Assembly: GCA_030141605.1 (NCBI GenBank)
Contig: JAQGDQ010000286.1
Location: 1-64,000, forward strand
DNA length: 64,000 nucleotides
Direction: 5' to 3'
Source: Tubiluchus corallicola
Taxonomy: Eukaryota; Animalia; Priapulida
The position numbers and the translations under genes were made by a program. The notes below the pieces were generated by a model, which saw only the letters and a program-made list of their open reading frames with translations, did no database searches and was not told where the DNA came from. Position 1 is the first letter of the stretch; each line of letters begins with the position of its first letter. Of this stretch, positions 1 to 13,480 are shown piece after piece.

Positions 1-14
1 ATTATCATCATCAC

Positions 15-104
<90 letters not shown>

Positions 105-105
105 A

Positions 106-159
<54 letters not shown>

Positions 160-232
160 CATTATTAAATATTATTATTATTACTTATTATTTTATTACT
201 ATTATATTATTTATTATTATTATTATTAGTTA

Positions 233-268
<36 letters not shown>
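1..268. repeat. (TAT)n microsatellite
   Basis: Near-perfect ATT trimer run from the window start, decaying to ACC/ATC trimers. Confidence 0.97.
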
Positions 269-272
<4 letters not shown>

Positions 273-1432
273 TACCACTACCAAACACCATCATCGTCAT
301 TCTCGCCAATACCACCGTCATCATCATCATCACGACGCCACGGAATGCATTCATAAGGTATTAATAGTCAACAAACGCAGACCGATCAAACAAATGCACA
401 ACGGCACGACTACGTATATAAAGCAACCCAACATCTAGCATACCCCATTGTACTCGACAAAGTTATAAGAGCTGAAAGAGAATGCCTTCATAATGCAAGC
501 ACCCCTAACACAATATGTTCACCTCCGGGCTATGCGTGTAAAAGCATCAATACACCCAGCATTGCGGAGCTGTGTTGAACCGGGCCTTTTCCCTTTCAAA
601 CAAAGCATTGCTTTCCGTTTTGGCACAAATTTCAAGTCGTCAGTTAAAGATGAAGAAACGTCCACCGACCGTTTGATGAAAAGACGACAAAACTTTTAAA
701 CAAGTATAGGAAACAGACTAACCCTTCTTGTTAATCCGTATAGTCTAGTGCCGCTTTATGTTTGGCAACAATTCGCACAAGCATTGAAGGAAATGTTGGA
801 TATAATCCTCAGCAATGATCAAGCAGCTAGAGATTGTTGGCGTAACAGAATTTTTATTGCATTCAATTCAAAACTCTAGTATTAGCGACCACCATTTTGA
901 GTTGTTATTCACACTTGAGGGACGTTTAACTGATAAAGACTCCTGAAAGAGGTGGATAATTTGCGATGTTATCTCCAGGAAGGTAGTCGGTTTGCTATCT
1001 CCCCGCCCAATTACACGCCGCGCCCCGCTGAGAAGCCATTTTCTGCAGATTTGCTAACGGGGCGGATCCAGACTCCGAGGGTGCAGGAAACGCCAGCAAA
1101 GCAAGACCGATTCCACAAGACAACACGCGATTTTTCCAAATTAAAATAGATGATTTAGGAATGTATCAAGATTAAAGTCTTTGCTTTTCCTATATGGATC
1201 ACACACGCATGCGCGCAGACCTTTATGACGTAGTATTTTTAAAGTACGTACTTTGAAAACAGAAAACTTGACTCAGGTAACATCTTTCAAGTTATTTAAT
1301 TTCAATTTACTGCTATATTAAAAAATGGAAGCCAACTTTTTGCCTTGTACGAATTGATGACAAAACACCATTTTACAAGTTTTGAATTTCAAAAAAATTT
1401 AATTTCATCAAAACTAATACCTATAATAATAA

Positions 1433-1816
1433 CTATGATGATGATGACGAGAATGACGACAACAACAACAACGACAATAATAATAATAGTAGTGACAGTA
1501 ATAATAATAGTAATGGTAATGGTAATGGTAATGGTAATGGTAATGGTAATGGTAATAGTAATAGTAATAGTAATAGTAATAGTAATAGTAACAGTAACAG
1601 TAACAGTAACAGTAATAGTAATAGTAATAGTAATAGTAATAGTAATAGTAATAGTAACAGTAATAGCAATAGCAATAGCAATAGCAATAAATAGCAATAG
1701 CAATAACAATAACAATAACAATAACAATAACAATAATAGTAATAATAATAATAATCATAATAACAATAATAACAATAAGAAAAACAATAACAACAACAAT
1801 AATAATAATAGTGATG

Positions 1817-1882
<66 letters not shown>

Positions 1883-1890
1883 TTAATAAT
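1433..1890. repeat. Compound tri/hexanucleotide microsatellite
   Basis: Successive blocks ATG, ACA, ATA, ATGGTA, ATAGTA, ACAGTA, ATAGCA, AACAAT and AAT. Confidence 0.95.
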
Positions 1891-1965
1891 AGTTTATTTG
1901 CTTGTAAACACGAGTATTTTTTACACGAAAGTTTAAGAGGCAATGATTAAATAGATGCTTTAAGT

Positions 1966-2090
1966 TAATCCGCCGTGATTTAATCCTAATCCAAACTAAC
2001 ATTAATCCTTGCACTCTCCCTGGTGGAGACTAATATATCTGAGTAGCGTGTGAGAGCTGGGCCACGTGTCTGAACAGTGACACCGGATTA
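1966..2090. promoter_or_regulatory. Candidate enhancer: cluster of five K50-homeodomain (Otx/Pitx-type) TAATCC sites
   Basis: TAATCC at 1966, 1981, 1987 and 2003, GGATTA at 2085, plus a CACGTG E-box near 2063. Function is inferred from motifs only. Confidence 0.4.
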
Positions 2091-2329
2091 TGGGACCTTT
2101 TTAGAAATTAATTCAGATCTAATCAGAGATGGAAGCAGGCGCATTATTATTATAGCTTGACAAGCATTGAATAAGCAACATTGTGCTTTGGTACTATGGC
2201 ATAATGATAATGACAGAACTGTGATGAGGAATATTGATAGAATGGTGGCGTAGTTGGTGGCGCTTTTAATAAATAATAAATCACCCAGAAACAATTTGTC
2301 AACAATATATATGTATATATATATATATA

Positions 2330-2622
<293 letters not shown>

Positions 2623-2969
2623 TAAAGACCATTTTTTTCAATTTAAAATAGTAGATTTACGAAGTTATCAAGATATATATTATATAGATGATAATATACA
2701 TCTTTTATTAAATATTACATATGTATGTGGCACAGACAAAATAATTTTTCAGTAGTTTCGTTAAAAAGTAGTCAATACTCGCAAAATCGATGCTTTTTGT
2801 ACATGCGTGTTAGTAAAGTAATAAAATATTTCATTTATTAATTATTTATTACATAAACGTGTAATTGTATTTTCATTTTGGTTCATTTTATATGAAGCTG
2901 GAATAAACAAATAAAATAGATAATTTATAAAGGCGCAGTTAAGTTTGTTTTTGATATCGTTATTAAATT

Positions 2970-3150
2970 ATAATGATGATGACGATGATGATAATAATAA
3001 TAATAATAATAATAATGAAATAATTTCGTGCATTTTATATATAAGTAATAATAGGTAATAATAATAATATAAATGCAGGCACGCACGCGCGCACGCACAC
3101 GCACGCACGCACACACACACACACACACATATTTACACATATACACACAG

Positions 3151-3204
<54 letters not shown>

Positions 3205-3207
3205 ATA
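2970..3207. repeat. Compound microsatellite (GAT/AAT, CA, TA)
   Basis: Direct reading of the repeats. Confidence 0.85.
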
Positions 3208-3822
3208 AACTAAAACGTCTCTTAGCAAAACTATGGATACCGGCCTATAGATACTAAAACTATTGATAAATTTCAACTTATTCTAACTTTGTTTATTATA
3301 AAAATCTAACAATCATACCTATACCTGCCGTATTTATAATTTTATCGATTTAATAATTGTGCAGTCGTGTTTTTACTGTTATCTGATAAGTTTTCGAAAA
3401 GATTTGTTTACGACTCAAGATTGATAAATATCATACAGTATAAGAAAAAGAGATTAAACTTCTAAGCGGATCAACTCTTTGTCCCCGGCAGGTTTTACTG
3501 GGTTGATAGACGATAAGTCGTTTAATATTATTAACCTTTACAGAACCTTCGCTTAGCGTCTAATATTACACCTGCAAACCGTGAACAAAATATCGTAACA
3601 ACGGTGGCGTTACGTTAAAATAATTCTTACCTTTGAAAAACGGTTTTATTAGATAAATATTTGTCAACGTCAAAAAAGAGTTTACAAACGTACACATCAA
3701 AGCGCGTCGGTAAAAAATATTTTTTTAATATTTTTTCGGCAGTTGCAGAAAAACGCTAATTTTAATGCAACACAATAAGACTGAAAACTCTGCTTCATTA
3801 ATATTACAACGAGATACCATCA

Positions 3823-4030
3823 ACCGGACGGTTTAGTTTAGTGGCAACGCGTCCGATTTCCGTTGGGGAAGTTGTGAGTTCGATACCGCGGCCGGATCAG
3901 ACAAAAACTTTAAAACAGATACCTGGCGCGTGGTATTTAGGGTAAAAGTGAGGTAATGATAGTCTCTGTTATGTAGTTGTAGTTTGTTATTTAAAGTCGG
4001 TGTTAATAGCAAAAGCCGACTTTAAATAAA

Positions 4031-4092
<62 letters not shown>
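3823..4092 (+). mobile_element. tRNA-derived SINE, copy 1 (internally deleted)
   Basis: A-box-like TAGTTTAGTGG and B-box GAGTTCGATACC; 3' stem-loop TTTAAAGTCGG...CCGACTTTAAA; (TAT)n tail; homologous inverted copy at 52615-52940. Confidence 0.85.
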
Positions 4093-4094
<2 letters not shown>

Positions 4095-4873
4095 GTTTTT
4101 GTTTTCAGCCAGTTGCAATAATGCAAACGTAGTTCAAAATTCGTGCTGTAGGGTATACAAGTTACATAATGCTTTCAAAATCTGACAACAAAGTCTGAAC
4201 TCATTTCCAATTTGCACGTATAAATCCGCCCACTGCAAACTATTAATATAATTAGTTATTTTTATTCATTATCCAATCTATACTCAATTAACCGATACCG
4301 TGTATGCTTAAAAATTAACCTATTGGAGGATAATCGCTAACGAACACAGTCAATATGTATGCTAAAGCGTTAATCCTTAATTACACAAATTACTTAAAAA
4401 TGCAGCGTATATTTCTGGCATGTTTATGTAGCTAGCCCATCACGCAACGTTATTAGTATAACCAAATCAAATTAAGCTACATTACAGCAGTTATTCATGT
4501 GAGAAACGGTAAATAGAGAAGCCCTTTAACGGCTGTGAATGTTTGAGCTATAAATTATCGACTGCGAGGGTGTCATGGCGGGCCAGTGCAAACAACCACC
4601 GAGTGCAGAGTCAAATATTTACCGAACCGTGATACAGTTTTAACGAGGTTGTGATTTTTGCTGCGTCACAGTTGACACCAGATGGCAGTTGTTCACACAA
4701 GTGATGTGTTCGCAAGAGGCGCAGACATACATAGTTAGTTAGTAAGTTAGTCAGTCAGTTAGTTAGTTGTAGAGAGAGAGAAACTGAGAGGGGGAAGAAG
4801 AGAGAGAAAGAGGGAGGGAGGGAGAAAGAGAGAGAGAGAGAACAAAGCCTACACGGCCATTACAAGGTTCTAA

Positions 4874-5128
4874 AGCCGCATTCAGACTAGCAGGTTTTCT
4901 GTTGCGAGTTTTCTCTTTGACATCAAACTCAGGCGTGTGAACTGCTTTGCGAGTTACTGCTGGCAAGTTATTCACTGAAAGTTACTGTGTAGTGTGAATG
5001 CCATGGCGAGTTACTCTCGACACTTCTCGCAATGAATGGAGCACGGTAACTTCCAGTAAGTTTTGCTCTCTAGTCTGAACACGTTTGCGAGTTACTTGGC
5101 GAGTTAACTCGCTAGTCTGAACGCGTCG
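4874..5128. mobile_element. PIF/Harbinger-type MITE
   Basis: TIRs AGCCGCATTCAGACTAGC and GCTAGTCTGAACGCGTCG, flanked by TAA on both sides (4871-73, 5129-31); internal repeated GCGAGTTAC motifs. Confidence 0.75.
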
Positions 5129-5950
5129 TAATGACACAGCTACGTCACGCATGCCCTATAATGTATTTACCAAAGAATCTTTCAATAAAATGTTTCTGGC
5201 ATTTAAGAAATAATCACCCTACGTTGAAAAATATGTTTTAGCAACATAAAAATGTGACATCCGAAAATAAATACACGTATGAATAACTTGAGAAAAACTC
5301 TCTTTGTGATTTAAAAATTTATTTTTATTGCTTTATTTTTATCAAAAATATTTACACCCAAAAAAGAAAACAAAAGCAAAGAAAACTTCCTGTGTTCTTG
5401 GCATATACGATTAGTATAAACTTTCCCAGAGAGACAAAAAGACTGTCTGTCTATCTGTCTATTCGACATTGACTGTAAGTGACTAGCTCTACTTTCAATT
5501 AAAATCACAATAAGCCCTAGTTCATCTACCCCCGTGGAGGCACCAGTGGTCACTGTTACTGCCCAGTTCAACGGTCAAGATAGTCAATGGGCACATTTTT
5601 TTTAAAACAGGAAACAATATTTACAAGCTTAAGTCTTGCACGCATGCATAATTTATCCCGTAATTTTTACTTCTTTGTTGTTCAAAAATTGGCCTCTAGT
5701 AATAGAACCTATTAACTTTTGAATTCGCCGAAATATGACTAGATGATAAACGGACAAATTATGTTCTGTTCGTACTTGGTCAAGCGTACGCTCTTGTATA
5801 CTGCTGTACATAGTCTTGAGAGAACGTACTTGTCATGCTTCAAAACATCCCACTTTGCTGTACAGTAAAAAAACTGGGCCCTACGTATACGAACAAAATA
5901 ACATGGCAGGGCGTAATCACGATTCCACTTACTGCTGCAGTAATTATGTT

Positions 5951-6077
<127 letters not shown>

Positions 6078-6087
6078 GTAGGTAAAA

Positions 6088-6703
6088 GACGTTTCGTGAC
6101 GCTAAAAATAGCATAATATTAGCAATGCTTATCTGTGTTCATCCCCAGTTAAGACAAAGTCTTATAGCAACGTCTTATACCAAAGTCTTCTTGAATATAT
6201 AGCAGAGTCTTATAGCAAAGTCTTCTTGAATATATAGCAGAGTCTTATACCAAAGTCTTCTTGAATATATAGCAGAGTCTTATAGCAAAAGTCTTCTTGA
6301 ATATATAGGAAAGTCTAATGGCAAAGTCTTCTTGAATATATAGGAAAGTCTTATAGCAAAGTTTTCTTGAATATATAGGAAAGTCTTATAGTAAAGTCTT
6401 TCTGAATATATAGGAAAGTCTTATAGTAAAGTCTTCCTGAATATATAGGAAAGTCTTATAGCAAAGTTTTCTTGAATATATAGCAAAGTCTAATGGCAAA
6501 GTCTTCCTGAATACATAGCAAAGTCTTCTTGAATATATAGTGACACGTTTCGTGACACAAAAAATAGCATAATATTAGCAATGCTTATCTTTGTTCATCC
6601 CCAGTTAAGACAAAGTCTTGTTGAATATAGAGCAAAGTCTTCTTGAATATAGAGCAAAGTCTTCTTGAATATATAGCAAAGTTTTATAGCAAAGTCTTCT
6701 TGA
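6088..6703. repeat. Composite repeat: two ~75-bp direct repeats (near 6088 and 6546) with a 35-bp minisatellite
   Basis: ACGTTTCGTGAC...CATCCCCAGTTAAGACAAAGTCTT occurs twice. The unit AAAGTCTTCTTGAATATATAGC+AAAGTCTTATAGC (22+13 bp) is reiterated about 10 times between them and again after the second copy. Confidence 0.9.
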
Positions 6704-7179
6704 CTCTCACACGTGTGCGTGTGTGCGTGCGTGCGTGTGCGTGTGTGTTCATAAGTTCATAAATCTGCCATGATTTTTGCTGGAATTATCGAGTATATAC
6801 AGTAGTCAGTGTGAAATAAGCCGAGAAAAGCAATTGATAGAAGCAGAAGTGCGTTTCTCTCTAAATATTGATTCTGCAATGTGTTGGATGGACACTACCA
6901 TGTTCGCACACTCATAAATATTTGTTCGTTTGGGTCTGGTATCACAAGAATTAGAATTAACGATTTCCTTATACAGGCAGACATCGTGCACAAGAAACAT
7001 TGGAGTCTTATTGCTTTTGGGAAAATGGCTTCGTCAAAAATGATAAGAGCACGTTATGAAAAAAGTTTTGTAATTTGATGGTGTTCAATTTCTCTGGAAG
7101 CTAAAATATATTTTTCTCATGGCTTCAAGTCAGTTCTTATTATTACTTTAATTCGTTTTTAAATTAAAAATAAATTTTG

Positions 7180-7350
7180 GCTAAAACTTACAATTCGAAC
7201 ACACAAGAAAGTAGTTCGTGAAGCAGACTATGATTAGCGTTAGTATCAAGGTTGGAGGGGTTAAGATCAAGGTTCTGTTAGGCTTGGGTTAGGGTAAGGT
7301 TAACGTTAGGGTATCTAAAGTTTTGTGGGGAGTTCTAAAGTCCGTCCTAA
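7180..7350 (+). repeat. Small dispersed repeat with GGTTAG-rich core, copy 1
   Basis: GCTAAAA(C/T)TTACAATT..CACAAGAAA start, degenerate GGTTAG core and ...TTGTG...CGTCC end, shared with 7937-8030. Confidence 0.55.
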
Positions 7351-7936
7351 ATTTTAAATGTCCATAGTATTACTGGCTTGTTAACAGAAGATCAGAAGAC
7401 CATCCTATATACTGTGCCTGTATTATATCCTTGTGTTTTAAAAATTGATACAATAACTGTAATATTAGCAGTTTGCCCTATTTATGATATCAGGTCTAAT
7501 ATCTAAATTTGTTTTCTAACTAACTTTTCTTTATCATATTAATAATAACTAGCAATGGCCCCGTAAAAAAAGATTGCGTATACACTTATAATCAAAAATA
7601 CGCGAACATCCTACATAGTTCTCATTTATAACGCAAAGCCAATAGCAGCTTTTACTGAATTAAAGTTATAAGGTTATAGGCAGAGTATAATGGATGACGT
7701 CAGAACAATGGCTTTGAGTCCCACCAGGCGCCGCTAGAACGTTTTTTCCGCATGCTGTTTGATCAAAATTTCGAAAAAATCGCGAGTCGGGTCCGGGAAA
7801 ACGCCCGTTGCGGGACGCCGTGGCCGTCTCGCAAATTCTAAATATGCCTACGACACCCACCGTTGAACGGGCTATCTATCCATAGCCAGCACCACACCCG
7901 GTTATATATATACGATTAATAATAATTATTATAACT

Positions 7937-8030
7937 TGCTAAAATTTACAATTACCTCACAAGAAATTAGGGTTAAGATTACGGTTAGGGTTGGGAATAT
8001 TTAAATTGTGTGGAAATTGCAAACCTCGTC
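7937..8030 (+). repeat. Small dispersed repeat with GGTTAG-rich core, copy 2
   Basis: Homologous ends to 7180-7350 with a shorter core. Confidence 0.55.
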
Positions 8031-10216
8031 CTTATAATTTTATAAAAAAAGTGAAAACTACAGACACATATATGAGATAAATAAGGTACACAAAAAGGAC
8101 ATAGAGAATGAATTATCTACAGACTAACTGCAATATTCTTTTGCCTTTTAATCCATCAAAGTTTCCCTAATAAACGCGTCCTAATTGATTAGCTAACAGT
8201 AATCAGAGTTGGAAAGCCAAATTATCAGACTCAGCATCAAATGAGTAACAATACTAGATGCAGAGGCTGCAGTCTCATGATACCATATCGCCAATATCTC
8301 TTCATCTCCATCCAGCCATTATCAGGCTCGGCCAGCTTGACTTTTATTGAGTCGACTTCACATTTCACATGCATTTATGGCATATTTATTTGTTGCTGCT
8401 GTTTTCTGGAAAAGACTGCATACGATTACTGGTTGCTTTTGACGGTGAATTGATTATTGGGCAGTTTTGACGGACTCCATATTTAGAAGAAGCCATTTTG
8501 TCCGTTGTGCTTTACAATGATTAAAACTACCATCGAGTCGTTTTGCTGCTTTGTGTATATTCTCTGTTTTGTTTCGTTTCATAACTTGATATTTTAATAA
8601 CTTGAAATTCCATTTTAATTTTTACAATTAAAGGCTGAAAATGGAGCCAGATTTTATTAATCGTTCGTATAAAGCGAGCTTGTGTATTAATACATATTCT
8701 CCAGAAATAAGAGGTATAAGTTTTGCAAAAGCGGCCGAAAATGGCCATTTTTGGAGGTTTTTCGCCTCCCGTTCCTTCCGGTAGGCCCGATTCGAAAAAT
8801 AAACCCCCAATGGCACGACACTAGATCGAGATCTTTCGTTTGATGTATAGATCGCCGCAAATGGTGCCGCCGTCGGAGCTGTAGCCTCGAATCTTATATA
8901 TTAAGCCCAAACCAGCGAAATTTATATATACAATACAGTGACACGTACACAAACTTTAGGATCCTTTCCACCAGAACAAAATTGGCAATTCCAATACAAA
9001 TAATTTCAGTCTCTGACTTTCCAAAAAGCTATGTTGAATCTGTTATTCAAGAGTGTATTGCCTTCGCTCGTAAGATCCGTTATTCTTTATTTTACTTTTA
9101 ATTCAGTGCAGCAGTATCTAAAATTTTTAGTTTTATAGCGTTTACATAACTGCAGTCGTAATTGAGAAATAGGACAGGCACATCAAACAAGAGAGCATAT
9201 AATATGCGCAAGGCTAAATTTAGCAGTAGAATAATAGATGTTTCGATAAGGAACCACCCGAGAGAACACAAACTTTGCAGCTTATGCAAATTAATTTGCC
9301 GTAAGTCGAATAATGGAGACCTATTTACTCTTTAGACAAATATACCAGATGGTATTAGCTCGACTGCAGCAGGTAAACTTCCTCTGATAATTATGCAAGA
9401 ACGACAACAACTCCTTTATCGCCCTGCCAGTAGTTGGACAACACACACACAGACACACAGACTGTTCGGTGTCATTGACATCAAATAATATATAAAATAC
9501 TTATTAACATAACCCTTTACCTTTCACATACATGTGCATTTTATATGACCTGTCCTGCTTGCCAAAACGAGAGAAAAATTCTATTTGAAAAATACTTTAA
9601 AAATGTTTCCTCCTTTTGCAGAAATGTCTGTAAGTGAACAGTTTATGTTTATTAGTGGTTTTAATGATGTACAGATGAGAACCCTAGTGATAAATTTTAT
9701 ATACGACATCAGTAAGAAAAGGGAAGAGAAAAGGGAAGCAATAACTCTAATTTGAACCCACAGCCTACAAAATGTTTCCTTACTATTGTTGTTTACATGT
9801 GTTAATATTGTGCTTTTGTTAGTATTGTGGTTTTTTGGTATTATCGTCCTACTAAGTTTGAGCTGCTCCATCCTATGTACAGGATCAATATGTTTTTTGG
9901 GTCTCTTTATTTCGTATGCTCAGTAAACTAAACTAAACAATATAACTGTTGCGAAGACACTTATTTGTGGACATAGACATTATTTATTTATTGCAAAAAC
10001 TTAAAAAATAAACCCAAAGACTTCGTTAGTTCTTTCTCCTTCGTAAGAGTCCATTATTGCTCATTTACTAATTTTCTGAATTTCAAACCGTCTTATTAAG
10101 TTGCTTATTACTTATTACTTCACATACATAATATTTTGTATATTGTGTATTGTCTTTGTACAATATAACAAAGCATTTCTTAACTGTATGCACTTGATGC
10201 TTTCCTTTGTTTTTAA

Positions 10217-10687
10217 TTTAAACATAATTTATTTAGAATTGGATCAGACAGTTTGAACAACATGATTTAGGATCCTCACCACATCAGACTTTATACACTA
10301 TTTACAAAAACATTTACAGTAAGAATTGTGACTACACAAGCTGGCAAGTTTTACTACAAGATTACATTAGATAATAGTAACATTTACAGTAAGAATTGAC
10401 TATAACTACACAAGCTGCCAAGTTTTACTACAAGATTATGTTAGATATTAGTAACATTTACAGTAAGAATTGACTATAACTACATAAGCTGACAAGTTTT
10501 ACTACAAGATTACATTAGACATTAGTAGAAAATGAGGGTTAGAAAATATTAATGTACGAATATTTAAGACTGATGCATTTCATACCAGACAGAAACTACT
10601 GGTGGCGTTTAGTACGTAATATACAGTCATGTATGCATTGGAATTTTTAATATTTGCAATAGCAACATAATTAAATTCATCTTTTCC
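10217..10687 (-). mobile_element. 3' fragment of a CR1-group LINE, copy 1, with an internal 70-74 bp triplication
   Basis: Colinear with 49340-49620. The minus strand gives a degraded GKDEFNYVAI...LRTKR ORF2 end. ACATTTACAGTAAGAATTG recurs at 10310, 10380 and 10454. Confidence 0.8.
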
Positions 10688-11711
10688 GAATTTTCCTTTG
10701 TTTTTCCATGTTTCATCTTAGCTGCCTGTGCTAAAGACCCTCTTAAACAGATTATACTTGGTACAGCAGGAGAACAACTAAATTCAGGCAAACTGCTGTA
10801 CCGAACATTATCAAACTAAGCAGATTTGAACGGATTTCTGTACACGGGGCTTAATACAAACTAAACTGGATTAACTAGAGTCTTAAATCAAAATGACACA
10901 GCAGAGAGAGTAGAGAGTGAGAGAGAGTCTGAGTCGCCCATTACTGTATTATACCTAAGCGACTTAGCAGGTTTTAAATTTACAGTTCTTTGCAGACTGT
11001 ACCTTCAGTGAGCTGATAGAAGACTGACTACGCGAAAATAAAAAAAAATGTTAAATCGAAGAAATGTAACAAAATAGATTGTTCAATTAATTATATATTA
11101 TTAATTTCTTATTAATCAATTATTTCACTTGTCTTAATTATTTATTAATTCATTTATTTTTAACTAATATTGTTTAGCAATGGATTGACGTAGAATCCGT
11201 AAAATCAAAATTGATTATGAACGTTGAATGTGAAAGGATTTCAAATTTGTTTGAAATAAGCGATAGTTCTTATAAAATACTGCACTTTCACTGCATCTAA
11301 AGCATTTATATGCAGCAGCGACAGTGGTAGTGACGGCAGCAGCAGCGACAGTAGTAGCGGTGGCAGCACCAGCAAAGGCATTGACAACAACGACAAGTAA
11401 AATTATTCCAAAATATCAAAATAACTCTTAGCTGGTGATTCTAAATTGTGCGTTGATGCAGCGGGGGTAGGGGGGGGGGGATTAAGGGGAAGCGGTTGAC
11501 AAACTTGACACGCAGTTTAACACGGCCATCATTTTCCTGTCTAAATTGCGCAAGTGCAAATTAGCCATGTTTAGCTCAAGAAGTGTGAAATATCCAGCAG
11601 ATGGGACGATTACCACGCCTCTCATATTTACTGCAGACGGAGCGCAGATCATCTTTCGTCTCTCTAGAGGAAAAACATCAAGCAGGCTGAGTGAAAGAGC
11701 TAAAGAGTTGT

Positions 11712-12330
<619 letters not shown>

Positions 12331-12402
12331 CCAGTTTTCCACAGTTAAACGATCATTTCTCTATCTGTTTCTCTATTCCCACAGCTAAAACCAATTTAGC
12401 AA

Positions 12403-12463
12403 AAACAAACAAACAAACAAACAAACAAACAAACAAACAAACAAACAAACAAACAAACAAACA
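12403..12463. repeat. (AAAC)n microsatellite
   Basis: Direct reading. Confidence 0.95.
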
Positions 12464-13480
12464 AGTTACTGGGTTTTGGGGTTTCAGTAGACATTACAGC
12501 ACAGTCACATATTGATTAATTAATTTATTAGCGGAACGATTGAAAACTATTTTGATTATTTAGAATATTAGAAAAAAAACGAAAAATCTGGGTTATTCTG
12601 TTTCTGCAATAAAGTCAGCAACTATTATACGATACGAGAGAGAAGGAATTTAGGGCCCCTCTGTAGTTTCAATCATTCAAGTTTGCACGAATAGCGGCGT
12701 TTCGCCTGATTGTTAAGTATTGCGGAATAGAAGTGACCACGTTTGACTAGGAGAGCACTTGCTTTCCAGCTGGCCAGAAGCGCAAGTAGCAGAACTGAGT
12801 GCGCCCGCCTGCCATCGGTGAAAGAGGAGACGACAAGGCGGATCGTGCGTGGAGGTGGTGGACCAGTGGGAGGGGAGAACAGGACGGTGTGATGTCATTG
12901 CATTCTGTTGCAGTGGCACGCGATGCCGTAGATGTTTATCTTTTTGAATACATACTTACTGAATAACATGCCTTTGGTCTGAATTACACACACTCAAATT
13001 TCACAAATTTTAGTTTTAGTAAAACAACCAAGCAGTACTCGTGCAGCAAATTTGGATAGAAGAATTTGGAAGTTGACACGTGTTCAACTTTAGTCGAAAT
13101 GGTCACAAAACTGGCTTTTGACGGTCTGGTATAAATTAGTATTAGTACGAGCGCCTGTTGGTAGAACCAGTAACTACAGAGAAAAGTTAACCTGTGGAGT
13201 TGAAGATTTTTAAATGTTAATTTACGATTTAAATTTTTTTTCACAGGAGAAATAAAAATTCTTTACACGTTTACTATTATTATTATTTTACAATTTATAG
13301 ACGTTTAAATATATTTCTATATATAAAACAATGTGTAAAATCTTCTGTATTTTTATGTTCTAATTCATACATAATATCTGTTTCAATTGTATGACTGTAT
13401 TTTAGTCACCCTGCAACTTGAACCAGTCAAATATAAAGTCGGTTCACACTTAAATGGTAAGCAGAACAGTAAAACAAAAT

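Noticed and set aside
7547-8920. Possible Helitron-like pieces (ACTAG start, GC-richer blocks ending in TATATA)
   Set aside because: No clear subterminal hairpin or second copy in the window to define boundaries.
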